64,000 bases of DNA from Mustelus asterias (lineage: Eukaryota): assembly GCF_964213995.1 (NCBI RefSeq), contig NW_027590119.1, forward strand, positions 2,108,001-2,172,000. Direction: 5' to 3'. Under the pieces are notes generated by a model. That model was not told where the DNA came from and searched no databases. It was given only the letters and a program-made list of their open reading frames with translations. Every line of letters starts with the position of its first letter. Position 1 is the stretch's first letter. Shown in pieces: positions 22,764 through 36,763 of the stretch. The position numbers were made by a program, and so were the translations under genes.

Positions 22764-23794
22764 GTGGGTCTGGTCTGAGGGACAGAAACATCTCTCCCGG
22801 AGCTGATCTGAATATCCAGCCCTGAGTTTGTGGGAATTTACAACTGATCAGAAACTGGTTTAACCTGTAAACTGATTTGATGACGGATCTGCCGGTCTGA
22901 TCGGAATCTGCAGTTAATTTTCTCGGTCATGACTGGAAAAAAAATGGGTGAATGTTTAGTCCGAGGTTAATGTGTTTTCCGCTGGGTGTGTGTGTTTTGA
23001 TGCGGCTGAGAACAGCACTGCTCACAGTGGCTGTATCTATCCAGATTCTATCCTTTGTCTAACATCAAGTGTAATTTGCTAACCCTGCACTTGATAGAAA
23101 TCAATAAGGTTACATCGAGGTTTCTTTTGAATCAATTTTTGAAAAATGCCATCTGGGCCTTTTGCTAAGATGAAGCTCAGGTCAAGCGCTGGAAGGAATA
23201 TAATACCTGCTCCAATCAGCTAGGATGTTGTTAATCAAGCCCAAGACTGGAGGAATGGGCCCTGTGTTGTCGGCTTCGATCTGCAACGTCTCTCTTGCAG
23301 CGACTTTTGAGTGGACCAATTCGGTTTTTGATTGGATATAACTAAAACAAAAAGCCGGCATCTCGGTCTTTGGACTCGGATCAAGCATCAAATGGAGCCC
23401 AAGATCAGGTGCGATGCTCTTTCATGTCAGCTTGGATCTTTTGCGAGGACCATGAATTAGATTCAATTTAAATTGGTTTTGGGGGCGATTAGGAGATGGA
23501 TTCTGGCTTGGCCAGTCCACTCTGCGCATTGGCTTTGCAACGTTAAGCAATTACTATTTTACAATGCGACAGACAGGAGCTCCCGAAGACAATGCAAAGT
23601 GCGGGGTTGGATTGGTTTCCATCATAAATTCCGTCAGTGAGTCCTTATTCTGATCAACTGTTCAGAGTCCAATTTCTCCAGCTGGAGATGGAGAGAGGTT
23701 TGGCTGCCTGACCGGTGCTGTTGCTGTTGTTTGTTTCACGATTGGCTGCAAACATGAGTAAGACTTCCTGCGAGCGCAGTTCAATATCATCCAC

Positions 23795-25500
23795 ATTGGA
23801 TTTGGTACTGGGAAATGAACCGGACCAAGTGTTAGATTTGGTTGTGGGAGAGCACTTTGGAGATAGTGACCACAATTTGGTGTCTTTCTTTATTGCAATG
23901 GAGAGGGATAGGGCTGTACGGCAGGGCAAGGTTTATAATTGGGGGAGGGGTAATTATGATGGGATTAGGCAAGAATTAGGGAGCATAAGACGGGAACAGA
24001 AACTGTCAGGGAAAGGCACAAATGAAAAATGGAGCTTGTTCAAGGAACAAATACTGCATGTCCTTGATAGGTATGTCCCTGTCAGGCAGGGAGGAAATGG
24101 CCGAGTGAGGGAACCATGGTTCACAAAAGAGGTTGAATGTCTTGTCAAGAGGAAGAAGGAAGCGTATGTAAGGATGAGAAAGCAAGGTTCAGTTGGGTCC
24201 ATTGAGGGTTACAAGTTAGCAAGGAATGAGCTGAAAAAAGGGCTCAGGAGAGCTAGGAGGGAGCATGAGATGTCCTTGTGGGTCGGATCAAGGAAAACCC
24301 CAAGGCTTTTTACTCTTATGTGAGGAATAAAAGAATGACCAGGGTGAGGTTAGGGCCGGTCAAGGACAGTAGTGGGAACTTGTGCATGGAGTCAGAAGAG
24401 ATAGGAGAGGCGATGAATGAATACTTTTCTTCAGTGTTCACCAAGGAGAAGGGCCATGTTTTTGAGGATGAGAGTGTGATACAGGCTGATAGGCTGGAGG
24501 AGGCAGATGTTCTGAGGGAAGATGTATTAGCAATTTTGAAAAACCTGAAGGTCGATAAATCCCCTGGGCCAGATGAGATATTTCCTAGGATTCTTTGGGA
24601 GGCAAGGGATGAGATTGCAGAGCCTTTGGCTTTGATCTTTGGGTCCTCACTGTCCACGGGGATAGTGCCAGAGGACTGGAGAGTGGCGAATGTTCAAGAA
24701 AGGAAATAGGAATGACCCTGGTAATTATAGACCGGTTTGTCTTACTTCGGTGGTTGGTAAGTTAATGGAAAAGGTCCTGAGGGATAGGATTTACGACCAT
24801 TTAGAAAGATGCAGCTTAATCCGGGATAGTCAACACGGATTCGTGAAGGGTAAGTCTTGCCTCACAAATTTGATTGAATTTTTTGAGGAGGTAACTAAGT
24901 GTGTCAATGAAGGTGGAGCAGTTGATGTCATATACATGGATTTTAGTAAGGCGTTTGATAAGGTCCCCCATGGTCAGCTCATGAAGAAAGTAAGGAGGTG
25001 TGGGATAGAGGGAAATTTGGCACTGGAAAGAGTGCAAAGGAGATTTACCAGGATGCTGCCTGGTTTGGAGGGTAGGTCTTATGAGGAAAGGTTGAGGGAG
25101 CTAGGGCTTTTCTCTTTAGAGTGGAGGAGATTGAGAGGCGACTTCATGGAGCTTTATAAGATGATGAGGGGGGAGAGATAGAGTGGATGTTCAGAGACTA
25201 TTTCCTCGGGTGGATGTAGCTGTTACTAGGAGGCATAACTATAAGGTTCATGGTGGGAGATATAGGAGGGATGTATGAGGTAGGTTCTTTACTCAGAGAG
25301 TGGTTGGGGTGTGGAATGGACTGCCTGCTGTGATAGTGGAGTCAGACACTTTAGGAACATTTAAGTGGTTATTGGATAGGCACATGGAGCACACCAGGAT
25401 GATAGGGAGTGGGATAGCTTGATTTTGGTTTCGGAAAAGGTTTGGCACAACATCGTGGGCTGAAGGGCCTGTTCTGTGCTGTACTGTTCTATGTTCTATC
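23795..25500 (+). mobile_element. CR1-type LINE with an internal deletion
   Basis: LDLVLGNEP...[28 protein letters not shown]; jumps from GIEGNLA to LERVQRR; 3' tail TTCTATGTTCTAT. Confidence 0.88.
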
Positions 25501-28500
25501 TCATGTACAGATAGTTGCCCCCATCATGATGCTTTCCAAAACTCCTTACCTACCATCCTTGGGCTTTCTTTGTACTGAGATTCCCTTCGTTTGAAAAGGG
25601 GTGGATTAAAAGTTCTCAAAATTAGTTTTTTTTAAAGTTTATTTATTTGTCACAAGTAAGGCTTGCATTAACACTGCAATGAAGCTACTGTGAAATTCCC
25701 CCAGTTGCCACACTCCGGTGCCTGTTCAGGTCAATGCACCCTAATCAGCACGTCTTTCAGACTGAGAGAGGAAACCAGAGCAGCCGAAGGAAACCCAAGC
25801 AGACACGGGGAGAATATGCAAACTCCACACAGACAGAGACCCAAGCCGGGAATCGAACCCGGGTCCCTGGCGCTGTGACGCAGCAGTGCTAAAAACTGTG
25901 CCACCATGCCGTCACTGTCACTGTGCCACCATGGATGTCAGCGCCCTTTCTTTGTTTTAATCTAATGACCACATGGTCTGGGAATCATTTCTATTTCATA
26001 ATTTCTCCTTTTCAACACTTTCCTTCAGTATCCAATTCCAGAATTTTCCTTTTCATTGTGTTAATTGCATCAGGAATAAATCTTTGGATCCGACAGGAAG
26101 TTTAACTCAAGATCAATCCAACACAGGATTGGTCAGAATCATTTCACATGTCCCAAATTTTAAATAACCATTACAAATTAAAATTCTCATTCTCACGTGT
26201 GAATTGTATCTGGATTGAAATTCCTGCATGTTTAGTAAACTATCCTGGAATCCTGTCTCTGGCCAGTAAATATGGTTCCAGGTTCATAACTTATGAAAAA
26301 AAGCTTTATTAATCACACTTACTTTTTTAAAATCTGTTTGATTTAAATCACAGACAGAAAGCCTCAAAGCTTGAAGCATTGAATCCATAAATATCATCCA
26401 TACACAAGCAGAGAAACTTAGCATGTGCTTTACAACAACAATAACCAGAATGAATTTCTTAAGCATTCTTGTGGTTCTGTTTCTAAACTTCCAGAAATGC
26501 CTTTAATTAAAGACTCAAGATAAGGTTAATTTCCCAGAAAGATAAACCTTAACAAATGTAGCCCAAAACAATGATAAAACGCATCTACAAACATCCATAA
26601 AACAAATGAAACATGCAGGTTCTCACAGCTTGTAAATTTCAAACAATGAATCGTCAGCATTCTCTCTCTCTCAGCTATAGCTTCTTAAAGCGACAGAGCA
26701 CTACAAGCTCACAACTCCTTGAATAAGATACAAGATCCTTCATTCTAACCTTTTTTAGCCAACTTCCAAGACCTGATTCATAGGCAAAATCGCAAACAAG
26801 TTACCACCGGAAAAATCTTTGTTCTTTACCTGGGATTGAGGTGACAACACGATAAAATTCTCAGTTATTCCAAATTCCTCCAGGCTATGCGTAAATTTCC
26901 ACATTTAACTGGATCCCATAAATCCTCAATTATAAACTAAAATAGACAGATTAGTTTCTGGGTGATTTAAAAACAAATCAAATGTCTGCTGAAAGGGTTA
27001 ACTTTTCTACAGAACCTAAAGGGGTGGGGAGTGAGCAGGAAAAACTTGGCACACAATTACATCACTTTATACAAGTTTAAAAAACTTCTCTATCAACCAA
27101 ACAAACTTGATTTTAAGATTCATCTATTAATTTTTTGTTATTTTCCTCAACCTAATTATTTTAATATGATCAGTTTTTGGTAGGGATGGGTAACTTCTGT
27201 TCTTTATAAACTGGTTCACTCATTTTGTTTATTCTACATGGGCTCGGAGAATCAGAACCCAGACTTTATCATTCTGATCATTTTAGTCCTTTTGCCACCA
27301 CTCCCACTGTTTTGCAGGAGGGTTGTGGGGTTTCCAATCAGACCGAATCATTTTATCATAAAAGTTAAATACTGCAGACGCTGAAACAAAAACACAAAAT
27401 GCTGGGAAATCTCAGCAGATCTGACAGCACCTGTGGAGAGAGAATAGAGCCAATGTTTCAAGACTGGATGACCCTTCATATGAGCTGTGATGAAGTATTA
27501 TCCAGACTTGAAACGTTGGCTCTATTCCCTAATCACTTTATCAATAAATTTCTTGTTCTTAGTTTCCAAATGGCAGGTAAGAGACCGGTCCGCACTCAAG
27601 TTCTGATTTTTCACTGACCATGCTTGGGTAAGATTATAACCATTAGTATCTACTCTGATGTCTGCTTTTCAGTCCAGTGCTACTTGGAGGATTCCATCAC
27701 TTCGCTGACTATTGGATCACAAGTTCCTCACAGTTCTCATCACAAATTTATGATAAAATAATTTAAACAATGCCTGCGAACACTTCTTAGCTTCTTAACC
27801 AACTGCTTATCACTGTTTGTAGATTTGTCAGGCCCCATTTTTACAGATTTGGGTATCTCAGCCACAGAACACCAGCTGTTGCTGGAATAAGTTTAATTCT
27901 AACTCATTCTGAGTAAATATTCTCACCAGGTCCTCTGTTGGGGCCCTGCTAAGCAGCTTTAATGGTCCGTGATTGCAGAAACTGAGCAGTCACAGGAATG
28001 TGGTCAAGATAGTCCAGTCCCACAATGCCTCACATTCAATCTGCTGTCCTTCAATTATAACAGAATATGTGGCTGTATGTAGCTGCCTCGGCCATGGTCA
28101 ACCCCAACACTGCCTTCCTGAACTGCTACAATGCCTGAGGTGTAAGTACACCCACAGTGCTGTTAGGGAGGGATTTCCAGCTACACGTTCCAGTCTTTCA
28201 CTAGACTGTAGGTGGATACCAGATTGATATATTCCATTCAACCACACCCAAGGTGAATTTTTCCAATTCCTTTATTGTCCAGGACAATATATTCACAATA
28301 TCTTTAAAACAGAAATTAAACATTCCCATTTGATTTCAGGCAGTAACATATTCTGTTAGTTTGTTCTTTATTGTTGATGTCAGGCTGGGGTTGTTCCCCT
28401 TGGAGCAAAGGAGGTTGAGGGGAGATTTGATAGAGGTGGACAAGATTCTGACAGGTTTAGATAAGGTGGATAAAGAAAAGCTGTTCCCATTAGCTGATGG

Positions 28501-28595
28501 GACAAGGATGAGGGGGGTGCAGATTTAAGGTTTTGGGTCAGAGATGCAGGGGGGTCGTGAGGAAGAATATTTTGGTGCAGCGAATGGTAATGATC

Positions 28596-28942
28596 ATAGA
28601 AATCATAGAAACCATACAGGACAGAAAGAGGCCATTCGGCCCATCGAGTCTGCACTGACCACAATCCCACCCAGGCCCTACCCCCATATCCCTACATATT
28701 TTACCCGCTAATCCCTCTAATCTACCCATCCCAGGACACTAAGGGGCAATTTTAGCATGGCCAATCAACCTAACCTGCACATCTTTGGACTGTGGGAGGA
28801 AACCGGAGCACCCAGAGGAAACCCACGCAGACACGAGGAGTATGTGCAAACTCCGCACAGACAGTGACCCAAGCCAGGAATCGAATCCAGGTCCCTGGGG
28901 CTGTGAAGCAGCAGTGCTAACCACTGTGCTAACGTGCCGCCC
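28596..28942 (-). mobile_element. HE1-type tRNA-derived SINE, full length
   Basis: Head GGCGGCACGTTAGCACAGTGGTTAGCACTGCTGC with A/B boxes, core CCTCCCACAGTCCAAAGATGTGC, CR1-like tail (TTTCTATGA)n. Confidence 0.88.
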
Positions 28943-29302
28943 ATTCTGGATCTGGATCTGATCTGGAACTCGCTGCCTACGAGGGTGGAGGAAGTGGAGA
29001 CAATAAACAATTACAAAGGAAATTGGATGGGTATTAGGGGGGTTTCAAACAGAAATGCTGACTAAATATCTCTGAACTTCCTCACACCCGGTCACTCTGT
29101 GATCCTTGTGAAATGTGAAACCAGGTATTCGCAACAAGACTCAAAGAGCATCAGCCCACTGGAGACAAAGTCATGAGACCGGCCAGTCCAGCAGAAAGAA
29201 ACCCTCCGACCCTCCCCATTCACCAACTGTGAGAACGAACAAAATGCAGTCCTGGATGTAATTGAGAGCAGAAACAATAACAGCAGAATCCAACGCCTGG
29301 AA

Positions 29303-30145
29303 TCACTCGTGAACTTGTTGGTGTCTCAGCAGCTGGGATGAAACTGTGAATCCCGTCCCACACTGAGAGCAGGTGAATGGTCTGTCCCCAGTGTGAACTC
29401 GCTGGTGTCTCAGCAGGACGGATGACCAAGTGAACCTCTTCTCACACACAGAGCAGGTGAACGGCCTCTCCCCAGTGTGAACGCGCTTATGTGCCCGCAG
29501 GTTGGATGACCGAGTGAATCCCTTCCCACACTGAGAGCAGGTGAATGGCCTCATCCCAGTGTGAACTCGCTGGTGTGTCCGCAGATTGGATGAATGACTG
29601 AATCCCTTCTCACACTGAGAGCAGGTGAATGGCCTCTCACCAGAGTGAAGTCGCTGGTGTGTCTGAAGGTTGGATAACCGACTGAACCCCTTCCCACACT
29701 GAGAGCAGGTGAATGGTCTCTCCCCTGTGTGAACTCGCTGATGCGTCTGCAGGTGACATAACTGACTGAACCCCTTCCCACACTGAGAGCAGGTGAACGG
29801 CCTTTCACCAGAGTGAAGTCGTCGGTGTGTCTGAAGATTGGATAACCGACTGAATCCCTTCCCACACTGAGAGCAGGTGAAGGGCCTCTCCCCAGTGTGA
29901 ACTCGTTGGTGTGTCTGCAGGGTGCATGACTGAGTGAATCCCTTCCCACACTGAGAGCAGGTGAAGGGCCTCTCCCCAGTGTGAACTCGCTGGTGTATCT
30001 GCAGCTGGAATAACCGAGTGAATCCCTCCCCACACTGAGAGCAGGTGAATGGTCTCTCCCCAGTGTGACTGCGCCGATGAGCTTCCAGCTCTGATGGGGA
30101 TCTGTATCTCTTCCCACAGTTCCCACATTTCCATGGTTTCTCCAT
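29303..30145 (-). CDS. C2H2 zinc-finger protein, 10 fingers (paralog of 9354-10280)
   Basis: ATG of MEKPWKC at 30145; ten fingers; 5' and 3' flanks homologous to those of the 9.3-10.3 kb gene. Confidence 0.88.
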   Translation of the reverse strand: MEKPWKCGNCGKRYRSPSELEAHRRSHTGERPFTCSQCGEGFTRLFQLQIHQRVHTGERPFTCSQCGKGFTQSCTLQTHQRVHTGERPFTCSQCGKGFSRLSNLQTHRRLHSGERPFTCSQCGKGFSQLCHLQTHQRVHTGERPFTCSQCGKGFSRLSNLQTHQRLHSGERPFTCSQCEKGFSHSSNLRTHQRVHTGMRPFTCSQCGKGFTRSSNLRAHKRVHTGERPFTCSVCEKRFTWSSVLLRHQRVHTGDRPFTCSQCGTGFTVSSQLLRHQQVHE

Positions 30146-31199
30146 GGTGCAGGTGTCCTTGCCTCTGTCTTGGGTGGACAATCAGTTGAAGCCTTGCCCA
30201 CACACAGAACACGGGTACCGTCTCTCCCCGCTGTGAATGTTGTGATATTTATTCAGGCTGTGTAACTGGTTAAAGCTCTTCAGTCAGTGCATTGGAACAC
30301 TCTCACTCGAGTGTGGCAGTGTGTTGGTGCTTTTCCAGTCACACTGATATTTGAACTCTTTTCAACAGACTGGACAATTGTTTCTCCTTCTAGATTCAAG
30401 GGCCGATGATATTCAGCTCCCAAGGCATATGACTCTGTCAGATCCAGACGTGACGTTTGAAATTTCGGCCTGTGATTCCTCTTTCAGTATCCTGTAAAAC
30501 AAGTTTACAGAGATCATCAGTGTCAGTGCAGGATAGAAATTCAGAACACACAATTCTAGTTTCTATGGAACATTCTTTCCTCTCTCCAGACTCGAAACAT
30601 TGGCTCTATTCTCTCTCTATCTGGGGGATAGCGTGGGAAATGATGCTGAGGTAGATCAGCCAATTCTCAATGAATGGTTGAGGCAGTTCGATGGGCTGAA
30701 TGGCCAACTGCAGCTCCTGTTTCTTATGATTTGTGTGTGGTGGACAGGAAGCAGTGAGCATGGATCTGTCAATCAGCCTCAATCAGCACCTTCAGGAGAA
30801 TTGGGAGGGTGAATATTAGATACAGCAGAGTGAGAATGGAGGGAGAGTGTGTGGGATGGAGATTTACAGCTTTTGGGGAACGAGAGAGGAAAGAATGTTC
30901 ATTAGAATCACAGAATTCTTACATCTTATCAACTGTTTTTGAGCCTTCACAATGAATCTCTTTTCTCAAGACACTCTTATCTCTGACTTGTCTGTGCTGC
31001 TGGCAGTCTCACAAAGCAGCTGCCTGTGTGTTGATATGAGGGGCCCTGCGCGGCAAGTTTAATGCTCCATGACTGTGTCTTTAATGACTGAATAACTATA
31101 GGAATATGGTCAAGTCAGCTAAATCCCATGATGCTTTATATTACGGTTAGCAACTGTCCATTTTGTTAACACAGCACATTTGGATCTATAAATACATAT

Positions 31200-31380
31200 A
31201 AAGGCAAAATATTGCGGATGCTGGAATCTGAAACAAAAACAGAAAGTGCTGGAAAATGTCAGCAGGTCTGACAGCATCTGTGGAGAGAGAGTAGAGCCAA
31301 CATTTAAAGTCTGGATGACCCTTCATCAGAGTTCTGACAAAGGGTCACCCAGACTCAAAATGTTAGTCTATTCTCTCTCT
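31200..31380. mobile_element. Palindromic PLE-like element, family B (other copies near 10763-10949, 13843-14005, 27365-27530, 40298-40485)
   Basis: GCAAAATATTGCGGATGCTGGAATCTGAAAC... terminus; inverted centre with degenerate CTGATGAAGGGTCATCCAGACT(C)GAAACG cores. Confidence 0.65.
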
Positions 31381-32649
31381 ATAAATATATATAGGACAGC
31401 TGCCTCAGCCTTGGCCCACTCTCACACATGCACGGAGCAGTGCTGACTATGTGGAAATGCTCAGATTAAAGTTTCCTGCCTTCTCTTTAACAGCTCGTGA
31501 AAATGTTTATCGGCTTGCAGACCTTCAAAGGAGTCAGTGTCTGCTAGTTCAGCATGAACAGGCTAATCTTCACCTGCGTAGGCCCCATAACATTCTGCTT
31601 TTCGGCCTTCACCAGAGGGTGAGCAAGACCAGATTTCTCCATAACAAATACCAAAGGTGAGATATGGGGATATGCTATGCAAATAAAAGATTAGCAGAAG
31701 TCAATTTTGAATGCGAAAGGGTGAAAAGCGAGGATTTAATTGGCGAATGTGTCCATCAATGAAGGATTAGAAACATTCCTGGTTTCTGATTTGCTGTAAT
31801 TGACTATTATTGCCAAGTTATTTTTCTGTAACATCAGAACCACTTGCGGGACAGCTGCACAGGGTTTCTCCTTGTGCACAAGTTATTAAAGGCCCCACAT
31901 TGGATTATGCGTGGTGTCCAGTGCTGTTTGTACTCAAGTCGACTAAGAATGCCTAAAGGTACTGGTACCCAGGATCTCTGACAACTCTCCCTAACCGGAT
32001 CTTGATTATCCAAAGGTTGGCCAGAATCCTCTCCAGTAACTTACCCGCCACTGTTGTCAGGCTCATCGGCCTGTAATTACCAGGCTTCTCTTTGCTGCCC
32101 TTCGTAAACAACGGAACAACATTAGCCACACTCTAGTCTTCCAGAACTTTGCCAGTGGAAAGGGATGAAGCAAATGCCTCTGCAAGGCCCTCTGCAATTT
32201 CATCCCCAAGTTCCCCAAACTCCCACAAGATCCAAGGATGCACTTGATTTGATTTATTATTGTCATATGTACTAGTATACAGTGAAAAGAATTGTTTCTT
32301 GCACACTATCAAGACAAAGCATACAGTTCATAGAGAAGGAAAGGAGAGGGTGCAGGATGTAGTGTTATAGTCATAGCTCAGGTGGACAGAAAGATCAACT
32401 TAGTGCGAGGTAGGTCCATTCAAAAGTCTGACGGCAACAGAGAAGAAGCTGTTCTTGAGTTGGTTGGTATGTGAGCTCAGACTTCTGTTTCATTTCCCCA
32501 ATGGAAAAAGGTGGAAGTGTGAATGTCCGGAGTGTGCGGGTTGATTATGCTGGCTGCTTTTCCGAGGCAGCCGGATGTGTACACAGAGTCAATGGATGGG
32601 AGGCAGGTTTGCGCAATGGACTGGGCTTCATTCACAATCCTTTGAGAAA

Positions 32650-33110
32650 TCCGTTGTTGAGAAAAGCATGGATGTTAGGGAACTTGGGGAAATGAATAGT
32701 GATGTCTTGAGGAGTGCACATGTAACCAGAGAAGGAGGTGCTGGAAGTCGTAAAGTGCATCAAGGGAGATAAATCCCTGGGACCTGATGAAGTGTATCCC
32801 AGGACATTGTGGAAGGCTAGGGTGGAAATTGTGGGTCCCCTAGCAGAGATATTTGAATCATCGATAGTCACAGGTGAGGTGCCTGAAGATTGGAGGGTGG
32901 CAAATGTTGTGCCTTTGTTTAAGAAGGGCTGCATGGAAAAGCCTGGGAACTACAGGCCAGTGGGTGAGCCTCACATCTGTAGTGGCTAAGTTGCTCGAAG
33001 GTATTTTGAGAGACAGGATCTACAGGCATTTAGAGACGCAAGGACTGATTAGGGACAGCATGGCTTTGTGAGTGGAAAATCATGTCTCACAAATTTGATT
33101 GAGTTTTTTA
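32650..33110 (+). mobile_element. CR1-type LINE fragment
   Basis: DKSLGPDEVYPRTL...[16 protein letters not shown]...NYRPV. Confidence 0.8.
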
Positions 33111-34049
33111 GAACATCGAGTTTCAGGTCATTACCATTCGCTGCATCAGAATATTAGTATTGTTTCTGAAAATTTCATGCATTCCCTCTTGACTTGACAG
33201 GACAGCCTCATCTATTCATTACCAACTTGAGTTTCGCTAAATCCCTGTCTCAGCTGAGGTTTCTAGAACTTTCATTCATTCCTTTATTTTTTTTAGACTT
33301 GACTGTCAGCGTCCCTCATTTAACCCATGAAAAACTTTGGTGTATATAAACCCCTGTCCTCTGCATCAAGTCCCACACACTCACCTATCACCATGTCCTC
33401 ACCATGGGGCTGCAGTGGTTAGCATTGCTGCCTCACAGTGGGTTCAATTCATGGCTTGGGTGACTGTGTGTGTGGAGTCTGCACGTTCTCCCCATGTCTG
33501 CATGGGTTTCCTCCCACAGTCAGAAAGGCTTGCTGGTTAGGTGCATTGACCCGAACAAGTGCTGGAGTGTGACAACTAGGGGAATTTTACAGCAACTTGC
33601 AGTGTTAATATAGGCTAAGCCTACTTGTGATACTAATAAATAAACTTTAAAACACTGACCCACACAGGCTCCCGGTTAAACAACTCAATTTAAAACATTG
33701 CATCTTTTTTTGCAAATCCTTCCATGACATTATTGTTTCCTATTTCCAGTCACACAGATGTTTGAATCTTTTTCTACAGAGACACTTACAATCAGGTTCT
33801 GATGAATGGAGTGACTCTGGCAGGTTTTGGTCTGATGTCTGGTTTGAGTTTCCCTTCAAATTTTGTCGTCAAATTTCCTGTAAAAAAAGATCATCACTGT
33901 CAGTCAAGAATAGAAATTAAGCGAGAAACATTTCTCTTGGGTTGAGTTTTGTGTGTGTAAATCCTCCCCTTCTAACTCCCTGTAAAAGGAGTTTCCAAAG
34001 TCCATCCCTGTCAGTCCAGGAGAGACATTCACAACATTCTCTCCTCCTG

Positions 34050-34345
34050 CTGACAGGGAGCACCGCGCATGCGCACTATTGCCCATCGCCCCGAGAAAGA
34101 TGGTCTCCGTCAACTCGGGGCCTCCAAATCAGGCATCTGCGGTCGCGGCCCCGAATGAGAGGAACGCGGCACTGAACAGTTATTATTCTGGTTTTCCTGT
34201 CTCCACTGGGTGCTTATGAAGCCTCTCCACCCACCCCGCCGCCTCCATTACCCTCCAGAGTAAGCCGTTTCCCTGGAAACCCGGAGCCGATAATAACCAC
34301 CTTGCTGCTACTGCGGCAGCAACATCCACTGCGCATGCGCAATGT
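34050..34345. promoter_or_regulatory. CpG-rich promoter-like region with NRF1-type motifs next to a ZNF 5' remnant (about 33745-34050, minus strand)
   Basis: GCGCATGCGCA near 34065 and TGCGCATGCGCA at 34330; adjacent sequence resembles the ZNF 5' UTR/acceptor region. Confidence 0.5.
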
Positions 34346-34482
34346 CTATTGAGCGGCTGGATCATATTCTGAATCACTGTGAATGCTGGGTAAGATAGCC
34401 ACCATTGAAGTATGTTATTGCATTAAAAAAAATCATGTTTTGTGATTCAATTACGACTGAAGCCAAAGCACCAAGGTATAAA

Positions 34483-34813
34483 ATGGTGCAGTGGTTAGCA
34501 CTGCTGCTTCACAGCTTCAGGGTCCCGGGTTCGATTCCCAGCTCGGGTCACTGTCTGTGTGGAGTTTGCACATTCTCCTCGTGTCTGCGTGAGTTTCCTC
34601 CGGGTGCTCCGGTTTCCTCCCACAGTCCAAAGATGTGCAGGTTAGCTTGATTGGCCAGGTTAAAAATTGCCCCTTAGAATCCTGGGATGCGTAGGTTGGA
34701 GGGATTAGTGGGTAAATATGTGGGGGTAGGGCCTGGGTGGGATTGTGGTCAGTGCAGACTCGATGGGCCGAATGGCCTCCTTCTGCACTGTGGGGTTTCT
34801 ATGATTTCTATGA
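34483..34813 (+). mobile_element. HE1-type SINE (further copies or fragments near 2587-2781, 13140-13220, 25630-25912, 33405-33650, 35325-35632, 36955-37250, 51205-51410, 63553-63750)
   Basis: Same head, core and tail motifs as the 28596-28942 copy. Confidence 0.85.
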
Positions 34814-34866
34814 TGAAAATGAAAATAACTAATATAGCAGCTAGCTCCGTCCTGAGTTTAATTAAT

Positions 34867-34999
34867 GTAAGAAGTCTCACAACACCAGGTTAAAGTCCAA
34901 CAGGTTTATTTGGTAGCAAATAAACCTGTTGGACTTTAACCTGGTGTTGTGAGACTTCTTACGGTGCTTACCCCAGTCCAACGCCGGCATCTCCACATC
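34867..34999. mobile_element. Penelope-derived palindromic insertion, family A
   Basis: Perfect 46-bp inverted repeat 34867-34912 / 34917-34962 with a 4-nt loop; TSD TGAGTTTAATT(A/G)AT at 34853-34866 and 35000-35013. Confidence 0.85.
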
Positions 35000-36763
35000 T
35001 GAGTTTAATTGATAGCAGAACTAACATCTACACCTGAAGATGAACTCCTTGGAGTATCAGCTGGTGTAACGAACTGATGATTTACCATCCACCCCCTCTC
35101 CACACACATACACACGCACAGACTTGACAATAAGAATGAACTCACGTTTGATCAAATCCTTTGAACTTTTAAATATGTTAACAGAACGGGAAATTGAATA
35201 AATCCATTTGCACACATAACATATCTGAATGGTCTCTTTCTGGCATGGCTGTGCTGTAAATAGGATAACTGACCACTTACATTCCAGGACTGACATTCTG
35301 CCCTGTTTCCAAGACCAATATTGAGAGGTGGTACAGTGGTTAGCACTGCTGTCTCACAGCACCAGGGACCTGGGTTCTATTCCCAGCTTGGGTCACGATC
35401 TGTGTGGAGTTTGCACGTTCTCCCTGTGTCTGCGTGGGTTTCCTCTGGGTGCTCTGGTTTCCTCCCACAGTCCAAAGATATGCGGGTGAAGTGGATTGGC
35501 CATGCTAAAAATTGTCAAGGGGACTAGCTAGGGTTAATGCATGGGGATATGGGGATAGGGCATGGGTGGGATTGTGGTCGGTCCAGACTCGATGGGCTGA
35601 ATGGCCTTCTTCTGCACTGTAGGATTTTATGTTCCTTGAAAAGGTACAAAATCGACTGCATAACTGCAAATAGTTTTATTTCCAAAACTGTATGAGAATT
35701 CCCACCTGACTCTTCATGTTATTGAGTCAAAGAAACTTTGTTAATTTTAAAAATGACCATGAATACTGCAGAGGCTTCTGCAACTCTTCCGATGTTGTTT
35801 TTTGTTAACTCAGATTTTTAATAAAGAGAATTGAGCAATCATTTGAAAGGAGAAATAATGCATGTTTTTATGAAGGGGAATGGCCCTTGTACAACTGTTT
35901 GAAAATAAGCTAGCACAGACATGATGTGTATTGTCTCCAGACAGGACAGCCACATCTCTTTAACCTGTGCTTAATGCTCCTTCCACCCACATTGTCTGTA
36001 TGGGTGTTTGTGAATCCTCCCCGCCCACCTCCCAGGGTTTCCTTCCTTCCCAGAGATCAGAATCCTCATTGATTTGAGGCCAAAGTGTAACCTCTTATTT
36101 ATTGTCCCCCTCCCCCATCCTCTGATGTGAACCATCCTCCAGTGGCTGAGCCAGGATGGGGCCGTTAACCTGGGCCTGTTCCCGGAAGGGAGGGAGGGAG
36201 AAGCCCCGCAGCTGCAAACCAGGGAGCTGACAATGATTCTGAAGGGTTTGCGGATCCACAAAGTGTTTCCAAATCCTCCCAGCCACCGCCTAACGCTGAC
36301 TCCGCTTCTCCGGGACAAACAAGCGCCAAGGACAGCAATGATACTGCGCATGCTCCACATCACAATGCCCCGGGGGACTGATTGACGCCAGCTCCGGACC
36401 AATAGGAAGAGGGGGCGGTGCTGTAGGACCGAGCGTGAGCGGCTGGTCCTCCAACCAATCGGAGTGAATGAGGGGCGGGACCTGAAGCATGCGCAGTGCG
36501 GGGAATGGCAACGGACGGACGGTTTCAACTTGGAAGCGAGATCAATACGAGGTAGAGGGCGGCGTGCGGGGAATGATAAATGTGGCGGGTGGGTGGAGAG
36601 ACTTTGTAAACATGTTGTTCAAACCCAAACCCTGGAAATGAACTTCCCGGTCCCCCACTTTGTACCAAATGGAGCGGCAGCTTGTCGTGTTAGACCCGGG
36701 CTGACTGCCGCCATTGAGGCTGCATGTGGGAGGCCGGCAGGGATTGTGATCGGAGTGAAGCCC

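Larger units (their letters stand above)
28267..30590 (+). repeat. Older direct-orientation paralogous block of 8072-10720 (ZNF unit lacking the 8485-9110 CR1)
   Basis: ATTCCTTTATTGTCCAGGACAATATATTCACAATATC... occurs at both 8072 and 28267; ZNF UTRs are shared. Confidence 0.8.
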
